Counted from the stretch's first letter, positions 33,942 to 43,465 are shown. The stretch: 64,000 nucleotides of DNA from Pseudonocardia sp. (GCA_016794615.1 JAEUJO010000140.1:14638-78637), one strand, 5' to 3'. Notes: a model not told the origin generated them from the letters alone. Made by a program: numbers and translations.

Positions 33942-35023
33942 TGGCCCTCGACCAGGGGAGGCAGGCCGTGCAGATCGGCGCCGAACTGACCACCATCGAG
34001 TCCGGCGAGCTGGTGCCCGCCGGCCCGCTGCGGCCCTCGGCGGACCTCACGCTGTCCCCGGCGGCCGCGCAGCGCATCCGCGACTCGGTGGCGGTGAACA
34101 CCGGCCGGGCCTACGCGCGCGTGTGGGATGGCCGCCCGCGGCCGGACGCCGAGCCGCCGAGCCCGCCCGGTGGGTTCCTCGGCTGGTGCCTCACCCACAG
34201 CCGCACCCCGATGCCGGCCACGCCCGAGACGCTGGCCGAGTACGTGAGCCACCTCTGCGATGAGGGCAAGAGCCCGGCGACCATCGAGCAGGCCCTGGCC
34301 GCCATCCGCACCGTGCACCACGCCGCCGGGTGCGAGCGGCCCGAGGCCGATCAGGCGCTGCGCGTCCTGCGCACCCACCGGCGCGAGCGCGCAGACGCCG
34401 GACTGTCGGCCCAGCGGCAGGCCGTCCCGGTCGTGGTGGAGAACCTGCGCAAGATGGTGGACACGCTGGACCGCAGCAAGCCCATCGGCCTGCGGGACCA
34501 CGCGCTACTCCTGCTCGGCATCGTGTCGTTCGGCCGCCGGTCCGAGGTGGTGAGCTACACCTGGGAGGACGTCAGCAAGGTGCCCGAGGGCCTGGTGCTG
34601 CGGCTGCGCAAGTCCAAGACCGACCAGGACGCCCGCGGCGCCACCATCCCGGTGCTGTATGGCGCCTTCCCTGGCACGGACCCGGTGCGCGTGCTCGCCC
34701 GGTGGCGCGAGCTGTGCGAGCGGCGCGGCATCACCTCGGGGCCCATCCTGCGCTCGGTGGACCGCCACGGGCGCATCGGCGGCAGCCTGTCTCCGCAGGC
34801 CGTCAACGTCGCCGTGCAGCGCATCGCCGAGCGCGCCGGGTTGGGCTCGGGCTACACCGCCCACAGCCTGCGCGCCGGCGCGGCCACCATCGCCTACAAG
34901 AACGGCGCGCCGATCTCGAAGATATGCGAGCTGGGCCGGTGGAAGCAGGGCAGCCCGGTGGTGCTGCGGTACATCCGCGCCGTGGATCAGTGGACCGATC
35001 ACCCGTTCCAGGGCGTGCTCTAG
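33941..35023 (+). CDS. Cre-like tyrosine recombinase (probable resolvase)
   Basis: N-terminal SAM-like domain (PATPETLAEYVSHL); catalytic R (FGRRSE), K (RKSKTDQ), HSLR, W (LGRW) and Y (LRY). Confidence 0.92.
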   Translation: MALDQGRQAVQIGAELTTIESGELVPAGPLRPSADLTLSPAAAQRIRDSVAVNTGRAYARVWDGRPRPDAEPPSPPGGFLGWCLTHSRTPMPATPETLAEYVSHLCDEGKSPATIEQALAAIRTVHHAAGCERPEADQALRVLRTHRRERADAGLSAQRQAVPVVVENLRKMVDTLDRSKPIGLRDHALLLLGIVSFGRRSEVVSYTWEDVSKVPEGLVLRLRKSKTDQDARGATIPVLYGAFPGTDPVRVLARWRELCERRGITSGPILRSVDRHGRIGGSLSPQAVNVAVQRIAERAGLGSGYTAHSLRAGAATIAYKNGAPISKICELGRWKQGSPVVLRYIRAVDQWTDHPFQGVL

Positions 35024-35042
35024 ATCACTACAGTTAGGGGTA

Positions 35043-35075
35043 TAGCCATCGGTAGCTAGAGGCTACTATTGGCTA
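35043..35075. promoter_or_regulatory. AT-rich nested palindrome overlapping the promoter of the Arc-like gene
   Basis: TAGCCA..GTAGC-TAGAG-GCTAC..TGGCTA, both pairs centred on 35059. The -10-like TACTAT at 35064-35069 lies 7 nt before the ATG. Confidence 0.55.
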
Positions 35076-35076
35076 C

Positions 35077-35271
35077 ATGAACGACACCACCAAGCGCGAC
35101 GGGCGGGTGATCCACCCGCGCCTCCCCGATGAGCTGCACGCGCGGCTGGCCGCCTTCGCCTCGCGCACCCACCGCAGCCTGAACGGCGCCACCGTCGCCC
35201 TGCTGGAGCGCGCCCTGACCAGCGCCGAGCAGCCCGGCCGCCCGGGCGAGCCTGACCTGCACCTCCGCTGA
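35077..35271 (+). CDS. Arc-family ribbon-helix-helix DNA-binding protein
   Basis: IHPRLPDELHARLAAFASRTHRSLNGATVALLERAL fits the Arc pattern. Confidence 0.8.
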   Translation: MNDTTKRDGRVIHPRLPDELHARLAAFASRTHRSLNGATVALLERALTSAEQPGRPGEPDLHLR

Positions 35272-35285
35272 AGGGACCACCCGCC

Positions 35286-35543
35286 ATGACGTTCATCAAC
35301 CGAGTCCGCGCCCTGCTCCGCGACGACGCCGAGCTGCGCCAGCTCCGCGGCGACCTCGCCGAGATCGGCGCCCGGCTGGCCCGGCTGGAGGCCGACGCCG
35401 AGCGCGCGGCCCTGCTGCGTGAGGCCACCGAGCGCGCCGGGCTCACCGAGGACCAGCGCCGGTCCGCGGTCCGCGACGCCGAGCAGGTGGCCGAGGCCGA
35501 GCGGGCCGCACTCCTCCGCGGCGAGGACATCGGCCACCCCTGA
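35286..35543 (+). CDS. Small coiled-coil hypothetical protein
   Basis: 85 aa with an AAGGG SD and heptad pattern. Confidence 0.65.
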   Translation: MTFINRVRALLRDDAELRQLRGDLAEIGARLARLEADAERAALLREATERAGLTEDQRRSAVRDAEQVAEAERAALLRGEDIGHP

Positions 35544-35554
35544 CCCGCACTCCT

Positions 35555-35586
35555 CCGCGCGGGGCTGCACCACCAGCCCCGCGCGG
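35555..35586. terminator. 13-bp stem hairpin between accessory genes
   Basis: CCGCGCGGGGCTG-CACCAC-CAGCCCCGCGCGG; no U-tract. Confidence 0.4.
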
Positions 35587-35625
35587 GGCCCGACCCGACA
35601 CCAACCCCACTAGGAGGGGCCCGTC

Positions 35626-35769
35626 ATGCACCGCGCACCATCCACCCTGACCCGGCTGCGCAGCCGAGCAGCCGACGTCATCGGGACCGAGGGATTCCTG
35701 GCCGTCGCGCTCTGCGGCGTCATCCTCGCCATCGGCGCCGCCTCGGTCCACGCCTGGGGCCTGCTGTGA
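35626..35769 (+). CDS. 47-aa membrane peptide (absent from the ORF track)
   Basis: AGGAGG SD; MHRAPSTLTRLRSRAADVIGTEGFLAVALCGVILAIGAASVHAWGLL; GTGA overlap with the next gene. Confidence 0.65.
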   Translation: MHRAPSTLTRLRSRAADVIGTEGFLAVALCGVILAIGAASVHAWGLL

Positions 35770-35954
35770 GCGCCGGCCGCCACCGGCCCCGCCGAGGGCG
35801 CCCGGTCCTGCGGGACCTGCTCCTGGGCCTGGTCGTCGTCGTAGTCGCGGCCGCCGTGGCCGCCGTGGTCCTCGGCCTGCTGTTCCCCTCCCGCCCGCTC
35901 GCCACCATCGGCTCACTCCAGCCGGTGGTCATCACCGAAAGGTCCGCCCGATGA
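35766..35954 (+). CDS. Small single-TM membrane protein
   Basis: Basic N-terminus plus a long hydrophobic stretch; overlaps neighbours at both ends. Confidence 0.65.
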   Translation: MSAGRHRPRRGRPVLRDLLLGLVVVVVAAAVAAVVLGLLFPSRPLATIGSLQPVVITERSAR

Positions 35955-36187
35955 CCGAGCCCGTCCCCACTGAACTGGCCGCCGAGGTCGATGAGGCCCT
36001 GGCCGGCGTCGTCACGCCGTCCGAGGACGACTACGCCACCGCGGCGTTCCTGCTGGCCGCGCTCGCCGAGGGCCAGGGCGAGTGCGCCGAGCAGGCCACG
36101 GGGCGGCACCCGACGCCGGCGGGGCTGGCGCTCGCCGTGGCGCTCGTCGCGGCCGTCGAGCTGCGAGCCGCGGGAGTGACGCTGTGA
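35951..36187 (+). CDS. Hypothetical protein
   Basis: ATGA coupling, acidic N-terminal half and hydrophobic C-terminus. Confidence 0.6.
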   Translation: MTEPVPTELAAEVDEALAGVVTPSEDDYATAAFLLAALAEGQGECAEQATGRHPTPAGLALAVALVAAVELRAAGVTL

Positions 36188-36209
36188 AGTAGCGCGGCCC
36201 CACCGACCG

Positions 36210-36244
36210 GAAACCCGCCACCCGATCATCGGGTGGCGGGTTTC
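36210..36244. terminator. Bidirectional terminator between convergent accessory and tail operons
   Basis: 17-bp perfect arms GAAACCCGCCACCCGAT / ATCGGGTGGCGGGTTTC. Confidence 0.75.
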
Positions 36245-36249
36245 TGTTG

Positions 36250-36585
36250 CTACCGGGCCGGTTCGGGGGGTGCCGGTCTATCCACCACCGGCGATGAGGC
36301 CGGCAGCGGCGATCCTGGGCCGCTCTGAGCTGGCCGCTGCCGCCCCTGCACCGGGCGGGCGGGTATCGGGCGGGCGTTCCGCACCGCGGCCGGTGGCCGG
36401 CGCACGGTCTCCACGATCTCGGCGGCCACCACCGTGTAGGCGCGGCCCTCGGTGGTGGCGAGGCCGGCCAGCAGGGCGTCCACTGCCTCATCGGCGTCCA
36501 GGCCCTCCACCTCCAGCCGCACCGAGCCGGTGAGCGTGGTCCGCCCATCGAGCCACGTCAGCCGGACCTCGGCCGCTGCGCTCAT
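36250..36585 (-). CDS. Hypothetical protein, last gene of the tail operon
   Basis: ATGA overlap with 36582..37169. Confidence 0.55.
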   Translation of the reverse strand: MSAAAEVRLTWLDGRTTLTGSVRLEVEGLDADEAVDALLAGLATTEGRAYTVVAAEIVETVRRPPAAVRNARPIPARPVQGRQRPAQSGPGSPLPASSPVVDRPAPPEPAR

Positions 36586-37169
36586 GAGTGAATCCAGGCG
36601 ATGTGGAGCCGGGTCTGCCCGTTGCTGCCCTCGATGTTGATAGAGCCGCCGGTGGACTGCCAGAGGTTGCAGGTGAGCACCGCGCCCGCGCTGAAGTGCC
36701 GCACCAGCGCCACGTTGAGCTGGGCAAAGCCGTTGCCGGTGTAGCTGTTGGCCGCCACCTCACCCACCGCGTCGTTGATGGAGCCGTGGCGCTCCCCGTT
36801 CGCCGAGCTGGTGCGCAGCGACAGCGTGACCGACCACAGCCCTGAGCGGTTCAGGGTGAACTTGTGCCCGGCGCCGTCGGCGGCCCGGGTGACCAGCGGC
36901 GTGGAGGTGGACTCGTTGCCGAACGCCACCCGCGTGCCGCTGGCGTTGGCCGCGGACTGCGTGCCGGACTGGTTGTACTCGCCGTGAGTGCTGACCGCGC
37001 CGGTGGGCGCCAGGTAGCGCCACGCCGAGCCCGAGTAGATGGCCGTCATGCCAGTGTCGGACTCCACGATCAGCAGGCCCTCATGCGGGCCGGCCGGCCG
37101 GGTGGTCGATGTGCACGGCACCGGGCCGAGCTGCGACGCCCGCAGCTTCTGACCTGCGGTGTATCCCAC
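36582..37169 (-). CDS. Minor tail / tail-fibre-like protein
   Basis: MGYTAGQKLRASQL N-terminus typical of actinophage minor tail genes; beta-rich C1q-like C-terminus; position after the large tail protein. Confidence 0.7.
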   Translation of the reverse strand: MGYTAGQKLRASQLGPVPCTSTTRPAGPHEGLLIVESDTGMTAIYSGSAWRYLAPTGAVSTHGEYNQSGTQSAANASGTRVAFGNESTSTPLVTRAADGAGHKFTLNRSGLWSVTLSLRTSSANGERHGSINDAVGEVAANSYTGNGFAQLNVALVRHFSAGAVLTCNLWQSTGGSINIEGSNGQTRLHIAWIHS

Positions 37170-37179
37170 GGTCTCCTCC

Positions 37180-40100
37180 TCAGAGTCCGAGCATGGCGGG
37201 ACGCCACACCTTGACGGCGGCGCCTGCGGCGAACGCCCGCGGCAGGGCGGCGCAGGTGAACGTCTGCGGCGAGCTGGCCCCGCTGACCGCGGACACCTCC
37301 ACCGGCACGCCGCCCAGCTCGATGGTCAGCGGCATGTCCGCGGCGGCGGTCGTCCACAGCGGGCCGCTCGGGGTCGCCACCGACAGCGACGTGGCGCCAG
37401 CCGAGACGCCGCTGGCCAGCTCGGCCCCATCGGTGTCCAGGATGATGGGGAACTCGCCGGCCACCTGCGGATCGGCGTCGTCGGCCTCCAGCTTGCCCAC
37501 GGCCCACCGCTCGAACGGGCTGGCGTTGACCGTGAGCAGCCAGCGGTGCGAGTCCAACTGCATGGTGTAGCCCTCGACAGCCAACCGGATGTCCGCCGCC
37601 GGCACATCCGAGCGGATGGCGTGCAGCCCCGTGATGTCCACCCGGTGGGTGGGCCGCAGAGCCAGCACGTCCGCGGCCCGGTCGGCCACCTTGGCCACGT
37701 CCACGGTGAGCTGCGGATAGCGGTACCCGGCCACCGTGCCCTGCGCGACGGCCCACGCGGCGAAGTGGGGCAGCACCTCGTCCAGGTGGGCGTTGTAGGT
37801 CCCGGTGTCGTCGTACCGGCCGATGGCCTCGGTGCCCATCGGCCCGTCGGTGTCGGTGTGCGTCCAGCCGCCGCCGCCCGAGCGGGACGCGGTGAACTCA
37901 TTGCAGGTGGCCTGGTCGTCGTCGACCGGGGCGAACGGCGGCGCCAGCTCGGCGGCGTCCACGGTGAGCCGTGCTGGGCGGGACTCCCGGAACCGCTTGG
38001 TCAGGTAGGTCAGGCCCGGACCGTGCCCGTCGTAGAGCAGGCCGTGGTCCAGCGTCTCAACCTCACGCAGCAGGGCGACCAGGTTGGCCCGGGGCTGCGG
38101 CCCCATCCGGTCGGTCCAGGCCACCAGGGTGCCGTCACCGAACATGGCCAGCGGGATGGCGTTCTCCTCGCACAGCCGCCACAGCCGGCCCTCGCCCTCG
38201 GCGGCGTCCCAATCGCCCCGGAACGCCATCAGCTCGTCCTCGTTGGACCAGATGGATACCGCGGCGTTGTAGAGCGCCACGTGGCCCATCACCACGTCCT
38301 CGTTGCCGCCGTCGGTGTTGAGCTGCACCCGGGTGACCTTGCCGAAGGTGTAGCCGGCCACGGTGCTGGCGTAGAACTCGCTGATGCCGTCGCGGTCGTC
38401 GCCGAGGAAGTCCACGCGCCAGTCGATGTCGCTGCCGTCCTGGCTGAGCTGGAGCCCGAGCTGGCCGCGGCGGCCGTCCACCTCATAGTTGATCGTCTGG
38501 TCCACGATCATGGAGCCGCGGGACCACCCGCGGATGTTGAGGTCACCGCCGGTCTTGTAGCGGACCTCCCACAGCTCGCTGCGCCCGGTGGTGGCCAGGC
38601 CCATGAGCACGGTCTCATTCGTCGCGCCGCCGTCGGGGAACTCCACCAGGGCCCGCACCTGTACGGCGCCGGTGTCGGTGTAGTCGCCCACGTGGCCGTA
38701 CAGCTCGGCGCCGGCCAGCTTCAGCAGCGGGTCCGAGCATAGGAACGCATCGGACGCGCCCAGCTCGGGCGGCACCACGGCCGCGCCGGCGTTCCCGCCC
38801 GGGTGCTCGGCGCTGTAGAACGTCATCGGGTAGGGCCCGATCTCGGCGGCGATGTTCTGCGCGTTCGGGCCGTCCTCGCACGGCCAGTAGGCCACCACGT
38901 TGGTCGACGTGCCGATGGACCGGCGCATCGGCGACATCACCGGGGCGTCGCCCTGGGCCAGCCGGCGCAGCACGCCCGACGCGGACAGGGTCACCGTGGC
39001 GTCCACGGCGTCGGTGGACCAGCCGGGCGACCATCCGTCGGCGTTGCCCTGGAACAGGGTCTGGAAGCCGTCGCCGTCGCCGAGGTCCACCGAGGCCCGC
39101 ACCGGCGTGCCGCGGCGGACGTGCGGCCAGTTGCTCGACATCCCGCCGAGCGAGTAGGCGCCGGTGGTGTTGTCCAGGGTCAGCGCGCAGCTCGCGGGCT
39201 GGCTGGTGGACGCCTCGTCGCCCTTGCCGATGCGGATGGTGATGCCGCCGGCCACCCGCACGTCGGTGGTGATGTCCGACCAGGCCCAGCCCGAGCCGCT
39301 GGCGTCGGTGAGGTCCGCGGCCCACGCCACCTCCACGGCCAGCCGGGCGTCCGCGCCCAGCGCCTCGGTCAGCCACGGCACCCCGTCCGGCGCGTACGCC
39401 TCGATGACCTCCACGGCCACGTCGTCCGTGCCGGTGCCGATGCTGTTGGTGGCCGAGTAGCGCAGCACGTAGCTGCCCGGGGTGGCCGGCGTCCAGCTCA
39501 GCGCGGCGGCGGTGCCGATCGTGGTGCCCACGCCGGCCGGGCCGCTGACGATCGTCCAGGACCGGGAGGTGATGGCCTGACCGCCGTCGCTGGGCTCGGT
39601 GGCCGTGCGGGTCAGCGCGGTGTCCTCGGTGTGCGCGGGGACGTCGGCGCCGGCGGACACGGTGGGCGCCACGGCCGGGCGCAGCTCGATGCGCGAGATG
39701 TTCCAGGCCGCCGAGCTGGTCCCGAACGCATCCAGCGCGTACGACTGCGAGCCGACCGCGCCCCACAGCTTGTAGCCGACCGAGCCCGAGATGCCGCCGC
39801 CCGACGGCTGGTCGAAGTTGCGGACCACATCGAAACCGGTGGCCGTGACCGGCACGCCGCGCTTCTGCCACTCGCTGGCCGCCACGATGGACAGCGAGTT
39901 TGCGACCGTGCTGGTGGGGCTGAAGCTCGGCGCGTTGGTCGCTGAGCCTGAGGCGCCGCTGGAGGCAACGGGGTTGCCCAGGTCGGCGCCGGTCACCACG
40001 AACACATCCACCGAGGGCTCGCGGTTCAGCGAGTCCGAGCCGGCCGTGGTGACCGTGACCGTGACGCCCGTGGCCGCGCTCGGGTAGGCCGCGGTGTAGA

Positions 40101-40335
40101 TCGTCGAGAGGCCGTTGAACGTGGTGGCCACTCGGTCGGCGAGGACCCGCTGCGTGAGGGTCTTGCCGTCCGAGGTGGACACGGTCAGCGTGGTGGTGCC
40201 GCCGGTGGTGGTGTTCGCCGTGACGCACACGGCCAGCAGCGCGCCGGCCGGCACGTTGAACGACGCCGTGGTGACGGTGCTGGCGTTGGCCGCGCTGTCC
40301 GCGTGCGCCGGGCTGGTCGTTACCGCGAGTGCCAC
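37180..40335 (-). CDS. Large minor tail protein (beta-rich/PKD-like N-terminus + Dit-like + LamG-like + baseplate region)
   Basis: Directly after the TMP; WSDITTDVR, ALTLDNTTGAYS, VAYWPCEDG and VGHVALY motifs. Confidence 0.8.
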   Translation of the reverse strand: MALAVTTSPAHADSAANASTVTTASFNVPAGALLAVCVTANTTTGGTTTLTVSTSDGKTLTQRVLADRVATTFNGLSTIYTAAYPSAATGVTVTVTTAGSDSLNREPSVDVFVVTGADLGNPVASSGASGSATNAPSFSPTSTVANSLSIVAASEWQKRGVPVTATGFDVVRNFDQPSGGGISGSVGYKLWGAVGSQSYALDAFGTSSAAWNISRIELRPAVAPTVSAGADVPAHTEDTALTRTATEPSDGGQAITSRSWTIVSGPAGVGTTIGTAAALSWTPATPGSYVLRYSATNSIGTGTDDVAVEVIEAYAPDGVPWLTEALGADARLAVEVAWAADLTDASGSGWAWSDITTDVRVAGGITIRIGKGDEASTSQPASCALTLDNTTGAYSLGGMSSNWPHVRRGTPVRASVDLGDGDGFQTLFQGNADGWSPGWSTDAVDATVTLSASGVLRRLAQGDAPVMSPMRRSIGTSTNVVAYWPCEDGPNAQNIAAEIGPYPMTFYSAEHPGGNAGAAVVPPELGASDAFLCSDPLLKLAGAELYGHVGDYTDTGAVQVRALVEFPDGGATNETVLMGLATTGRSELWEVRYKTGGDLNIRGWSRGSMIVDQTINYEVDGRRGQLGLQLSQDGSDIDWRVDFLGDDRDGISEFYASTVAGYTFGKVTRVQLNTDGGNEDVVMGHVALYNAAVSIWSNEDELMAFRGDWDAAEGEGRLWRLCEENAIPLAMFGDGTLVAWTDRMGPQPRANLVALLREVETLDHGLLYDGHGPGLTYLTKRFRESRPARLTVDAAELAPPFAPVDDDQATCNEFTASRSGGGGWTHTDTDGPMGTEAIGRYDDTGTYNAHLDEVLPHFAAWAVAQGTVAGYRYPQLTVDVAKVADRAADVLALRPTHRVDITGLHAIRSDVPAADIRLAVEGYTMQLDSHRWLLTVNASPFERWAVGKLEADDADPQVAGEFPIILDTDGAELASGVSAGATSLSVATPSGPLWTTAAADMPLTIELGGVPVEVSAVSGASSPQTFTCAALPRAFAAGAAVKVWRPAMLGL

Positions 40336-40339
40336 CAGA

Positions 40340-42730
40340 TCACGCCCTCATCAGTTGCAGCTCGCCACGTCGGACCATGCCGTGGAGCAGTGCGGCCAGC
40401 GCGCTGTCCGCGCCAGGAGCCACGCGCAGCTCCAGGGCGCCCGAACCCCCGGCCGCCCCGCCCGTCACCGACCCGCTGATGCCCGCAGCGCCGGCCATGG
40501 CAGCGCCGGCCATGTCCCCGGCCGAGGTGACCACCTTCGGGCTGATGCCCTCCATGCCGACGATGAGGCCCTGCCCGAGGTACTCGCCGAACTGGGCGAA
40601 CACTCGCGACGGGGAGCGGATGCCCACCGCGGCCTTGAATCCGTCGGCGATACGGCGGCCCAGCCCGGCGATCCAGTCGAGCACCGCCTGGGCCATGCCC
40701 TTCAAGCCGTTCCACAGGCCGGTGACGATCGACCGACCGGCGTTGACCAGCCACGACCCGGCGCCGCGGAAGAATCCCATGATCCGGCCCGGCAGCGTGC
40801 CGATCCATGACGCGGTCGCGTTCGCCATCGAGACCGTGGTGTTGCGGAACCCGGTCCACGCGGCCACGGCGGCCGACAGGAGAATCCCCGGCAGGCGCGC
40901 CATGAACGCACCGATGCGGCCCGGCAGCGCGCTGACCCACGTGATGGCTGCGGTGATGCCGCTGGACGTGCTGCTGGTGAAGCCAGCCCAGGCGCGGGTC
41001 GCGATGCCCATCACCGTGGACGCCAGCGAGGACAGCGCGCCCAGGACGCGGCCCGGCAGGCCCATCAGCCAGGTGATGGCCTGGCCGATGACCCCGGGCA
41101 GGGTGTCGGTAAGGAAGCTCCATGCCTTCAGCGCGCCGACGTACACCAGCCCGGCCAGGTAGCCGAGGGCGAACGCGACCTGACCAGGCAGCGCCAGGAA
41201 GAACTCCAGGATGCGGCCGGGCAGCTCGGACAGCCACGTGGTGAGCGCGGTGAACGCCGCCACGGCGGTGTCCTTCATGCCGCCGAACCACGTGGCGGCC
41301 CGGCCGGGCAGCTCGGCGAACCAATTCAGCAGGCCCTTGACCCACTCGACGCCGGTCGTGAATGCGCTCTTGATGCCCTCCCACACGGCGGTCACGACGT
41401 TGCGGAAGGTCTCGCAATTCTTCCAGGCGTAGACGATCCCGGCGACCAGGGCGACGACCGCGATGCCGATCAGGACCAGCGGGTTCATGGCCACGACCGT
41501 GTTGAGCAGCCCCTGAGCGATGGCCCACCCCTTGGTGGCGGCGCTGATCGCGTACACCGCGGCGACGACCGGGCCCCACACGGGCAGGGTGTCCACCAGG
41601 AAGTCGGCGACGAACCGGAGCGCCGGGGCGGCGGCCTGGAGCGCCGGCACCAGGATGCTCTCCAGTGCGCGGGCGAAATCGGTCACCACCGGGGCGACGA
41701 TCGCCAGCACTGGGGCGACCGCCTTCAGCGCCTCGATGAACACGGACCGGACCAGGCTGCCGGCCGCCGCCAGTGCCTCACCGATGGCCGCGAACGCAGT
41801 CTGCGCGTCCGAGCTGGCGGCGAACTCGGCCAGGGCCCCGGTGACGTCTCGCAGCGCCTCCAGCGGGGACGCGGTGTTGACGCCCAGCCCGCTGAACACC
41901 GAGCCGATGGTGGACCCGACGTTGACGATGATGCCACCGAGGGCACGGAACCCGGCCAGGGCATCGTCGATGATGTCGGTGATCCAGCCGGACTCCACGC
42001 CCTGGTCGACCCACGCCTTGAACTTGGCCGCCACCGAGTCGATGCCTGCGCCGAGGCCGGGCAGGTAGGTGGCGCCGACCGCGCCGAGCCCGAGGAACCC
42101 GGACGCCACGTTCCCCAGGCTGTCGGTCATCCGGGCGAGCATCAGGTGGGTGGCCCGGAACACCTCGTTGACGTCGTTCACGGCGGACGGCTTGATCAGC
42201 GCCTGCACGGCCGAGCGGCCCATGGCGTTCATGGCCATGGCCACGTTGCCCATCTGCATACGCAGGGCGGGCAGGTAGGTGGCGCCCAGCTTGCGGACGT
42301 CGTCGCCGAACCCGCGGAAGAAGTCTTGCTGCACGCCGTTCTGCACCGCCGACCAGGCGGGAGCCAGCGAGTGGATGGCCTTGGCGGTGTCCCGGGCAGC
42401 CGGCTGGAGATCGTTCAGGGCGTCGGTGTCACCGGCGACGGCATCCGCGAACCCGGCGGTAGCGGCCTTGAAGGTGGCCACCGCGGCGCCACCGGCGAGC
42501 ATGGCGCCCGGCAGCAGCAGCGCCGCCCCGGACAGCTGTGCCAGCGCGCCAGCGGCACCGGCGACGACCTGGAGACTGCTGGCGGCGGTGCCCAGGCCGG
42601 CCATGCCCTTGCTGGCGACCGACAGGCTGCGCCCGAGCCGTGACGTCTGGCCCTGGACGCTCTTTAGGGTCCGCTGGAGCTTGGTGGCGTCCCCGGCAAA
42701 GGTGAGGACGACCTTGTTCTTGCCGGCCAT
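40340..42730 (-). CDS. Tape measure protein
   Basis: 796 aa, Ala/Gly-rich helical repeats, TFRNVVTAVWEGIK and GIRSPSRVF; canonical position. Confidence 0.92.
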   Translation of the reverse strand: MAGKNKVVLTFAGDATKLQRTLKSVQGQTSRLGRSLSVASKGMAGLGTAASSLQVVAGAAGALAQLSGAALLLPGAMLAGGAAVATFKAATAGFADAVAGDTDALNDLQPAARDTAKAIHSLAPAWSAVQNGVQQDFFRGFGDDVRKLGATYLPALRMQMGNVAMAMNAMGRSAVQALIKPSAVNDVNEVFRATHLMLARMTDSLGNVASGFLGLGAVGATYLPGLGAGIDSVAAKFKAWVDQGVESGWITDIIDDALAGFRALGGIIVNVGSTIGSVFSGLGVNTASPLEALRDVTGALAEFAASSDAQTAFAAIGEALAAAGSLVRSVFIEALKAVAPVLAIVAPVVTDFARALESILVPALQAAAPALRFVADFLVDTLPVWGPVVAAVYAISAATKGWAIAQGLLNTVVAMNPLVLIGIAVVALVAGIVYAWKNCETFRNVVTAVWEGIKSAFTTGVEWVKGLLNWFAELPGRAATWFGGMKDTAVAAFTALTTWLSELPGRILEFFLALPGQVAFALGYLAGLVYVGALKAWSFLTDTLPGVIGQAITWLMGLPGRVLGALSSLASTVMGIATRAWAGFTSSTSSGITAAITWVSALPGRIGAFMARLPGILLSAAVAAWTGFRNTTVSMANATASWIGTLPGRIMGFFRGAGSWLVNAGRSIVTGLWNGLKGMAQAVLDWIAGLGRRIADGFKAAVGIRSPSRVFAQFGEYLGQGLIVGMEGISPKVVTSAGDMAGAAMAGAAGISGSVTGGAAGGSGALELRVAPGADSALAALLHGMVRRGELQLMRA

Positions 42731-42733
42731 CGG

Positions 42734-43042
42734 TCAGCGCCTCCACCAGCGGCGATGGTCGGTCCGGTCTTCGAGCACCCGCAGGCGCTGGGAGTGCTCG
42801 ATGTCGCGGACCTCGGCGGCCTTCTGGCGCTCGGCCAGGTCGGCCACCGTGGTCTCAATCCGGTTCACCGCGTCGCGCATTGAGGCGCCACTGTTGGGCT
42901 TCACCTCATGCTCGATGGCCTCGATCTGCGCGCCCCTGGCCTTCTGTGTGACCCGCAGTCGCCACGTGCTGGCCAGCGTGCCGAGCACGCCGAGCAGGGT
43001 GGCCAGGTCGGCCAGGTTGAGCTCAAAACCGCCGACGTTCAC
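42734..43042 (-). CDS. Single-TM protein, DUF2746-like (possible holin or lysis accessory)
   Basis: N-terminal TM, then HEVKPNSGASMRDAVNRIE and a coiled coil. Confidence 0.65.
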   Translation of the reverse strand: MNVGGFELNLADLATLLGVLGTLASTWRLRVTQKARGAQIEAIEHEVKPNSGASMRDAVNRIETTVADLAERQKAAEVRDIEHSQRLRVLEDRTDHRRWWRR

Positions 43043-43461
43043 GACACGCCCAATCCGGCCGACTCGGCCGCTGCCACCAGCTCCTCGCGGAGCGTCTCCT
43101 GCACGTCCTCGCGCCGGTCACCGAACGCCGCCCAGATGTAGCGGCCACGCTTGCGGAACGGCCGCACCGGCAGCCGCGGGTACTTTTTCTTGCTCCCGAA
43201 GTCGAGCCAGCCGTAATACGGGAACTTGTTTCCACCGGCGGAGACGCGCGCCGCGGTCCGGGTGCTGGCCGCCTTCAGCGACGACCGGGCGTGGCCGCCC
43301 TTCCCGGGGCCGAGCGGCACGCGCGGCTTGGCTTCCTTGACGACGATGCCGGCGGCGACGTTGCCGGCCAGGCGCAGCGCCTTGGGCGCGTTCCGGTCGA
43401 GTCGCCGCAGGCTGCGATTGAACTCGGCCAGGCCCTCAACCTTGATTACGCCCGTCGCCAC
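43039..43461 (-). CDS. HK97 gp10-like tail completion/neck protein
   Basis: IKVEGLAEFNRSLRRL and PYYGWLDFG; GTG 43461 with an AAGAGG SD. Confidence 0.8.
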   Translation of the reverse strand: MATGVIKVEGLAEFNRSLRRLDRNAPKALRLAGNVAAGIVVKEAKPRVPLGPGKGGHARSSLKAASTRTAARVSAGGNKFPYYGWLDFGSKKKYPRLPVRPFRKRGRYIWAAFGDRREDVQETLREELVAAAESAGLGVS

Positions 43462-43465
43462 CGTG

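Noticed and set aside
33941-35023. Tyrosine recombinase as the integrase of the element
   Set aside because: No tRNA target or long att core; attP symmetry and adjacency fit the serine integrase.
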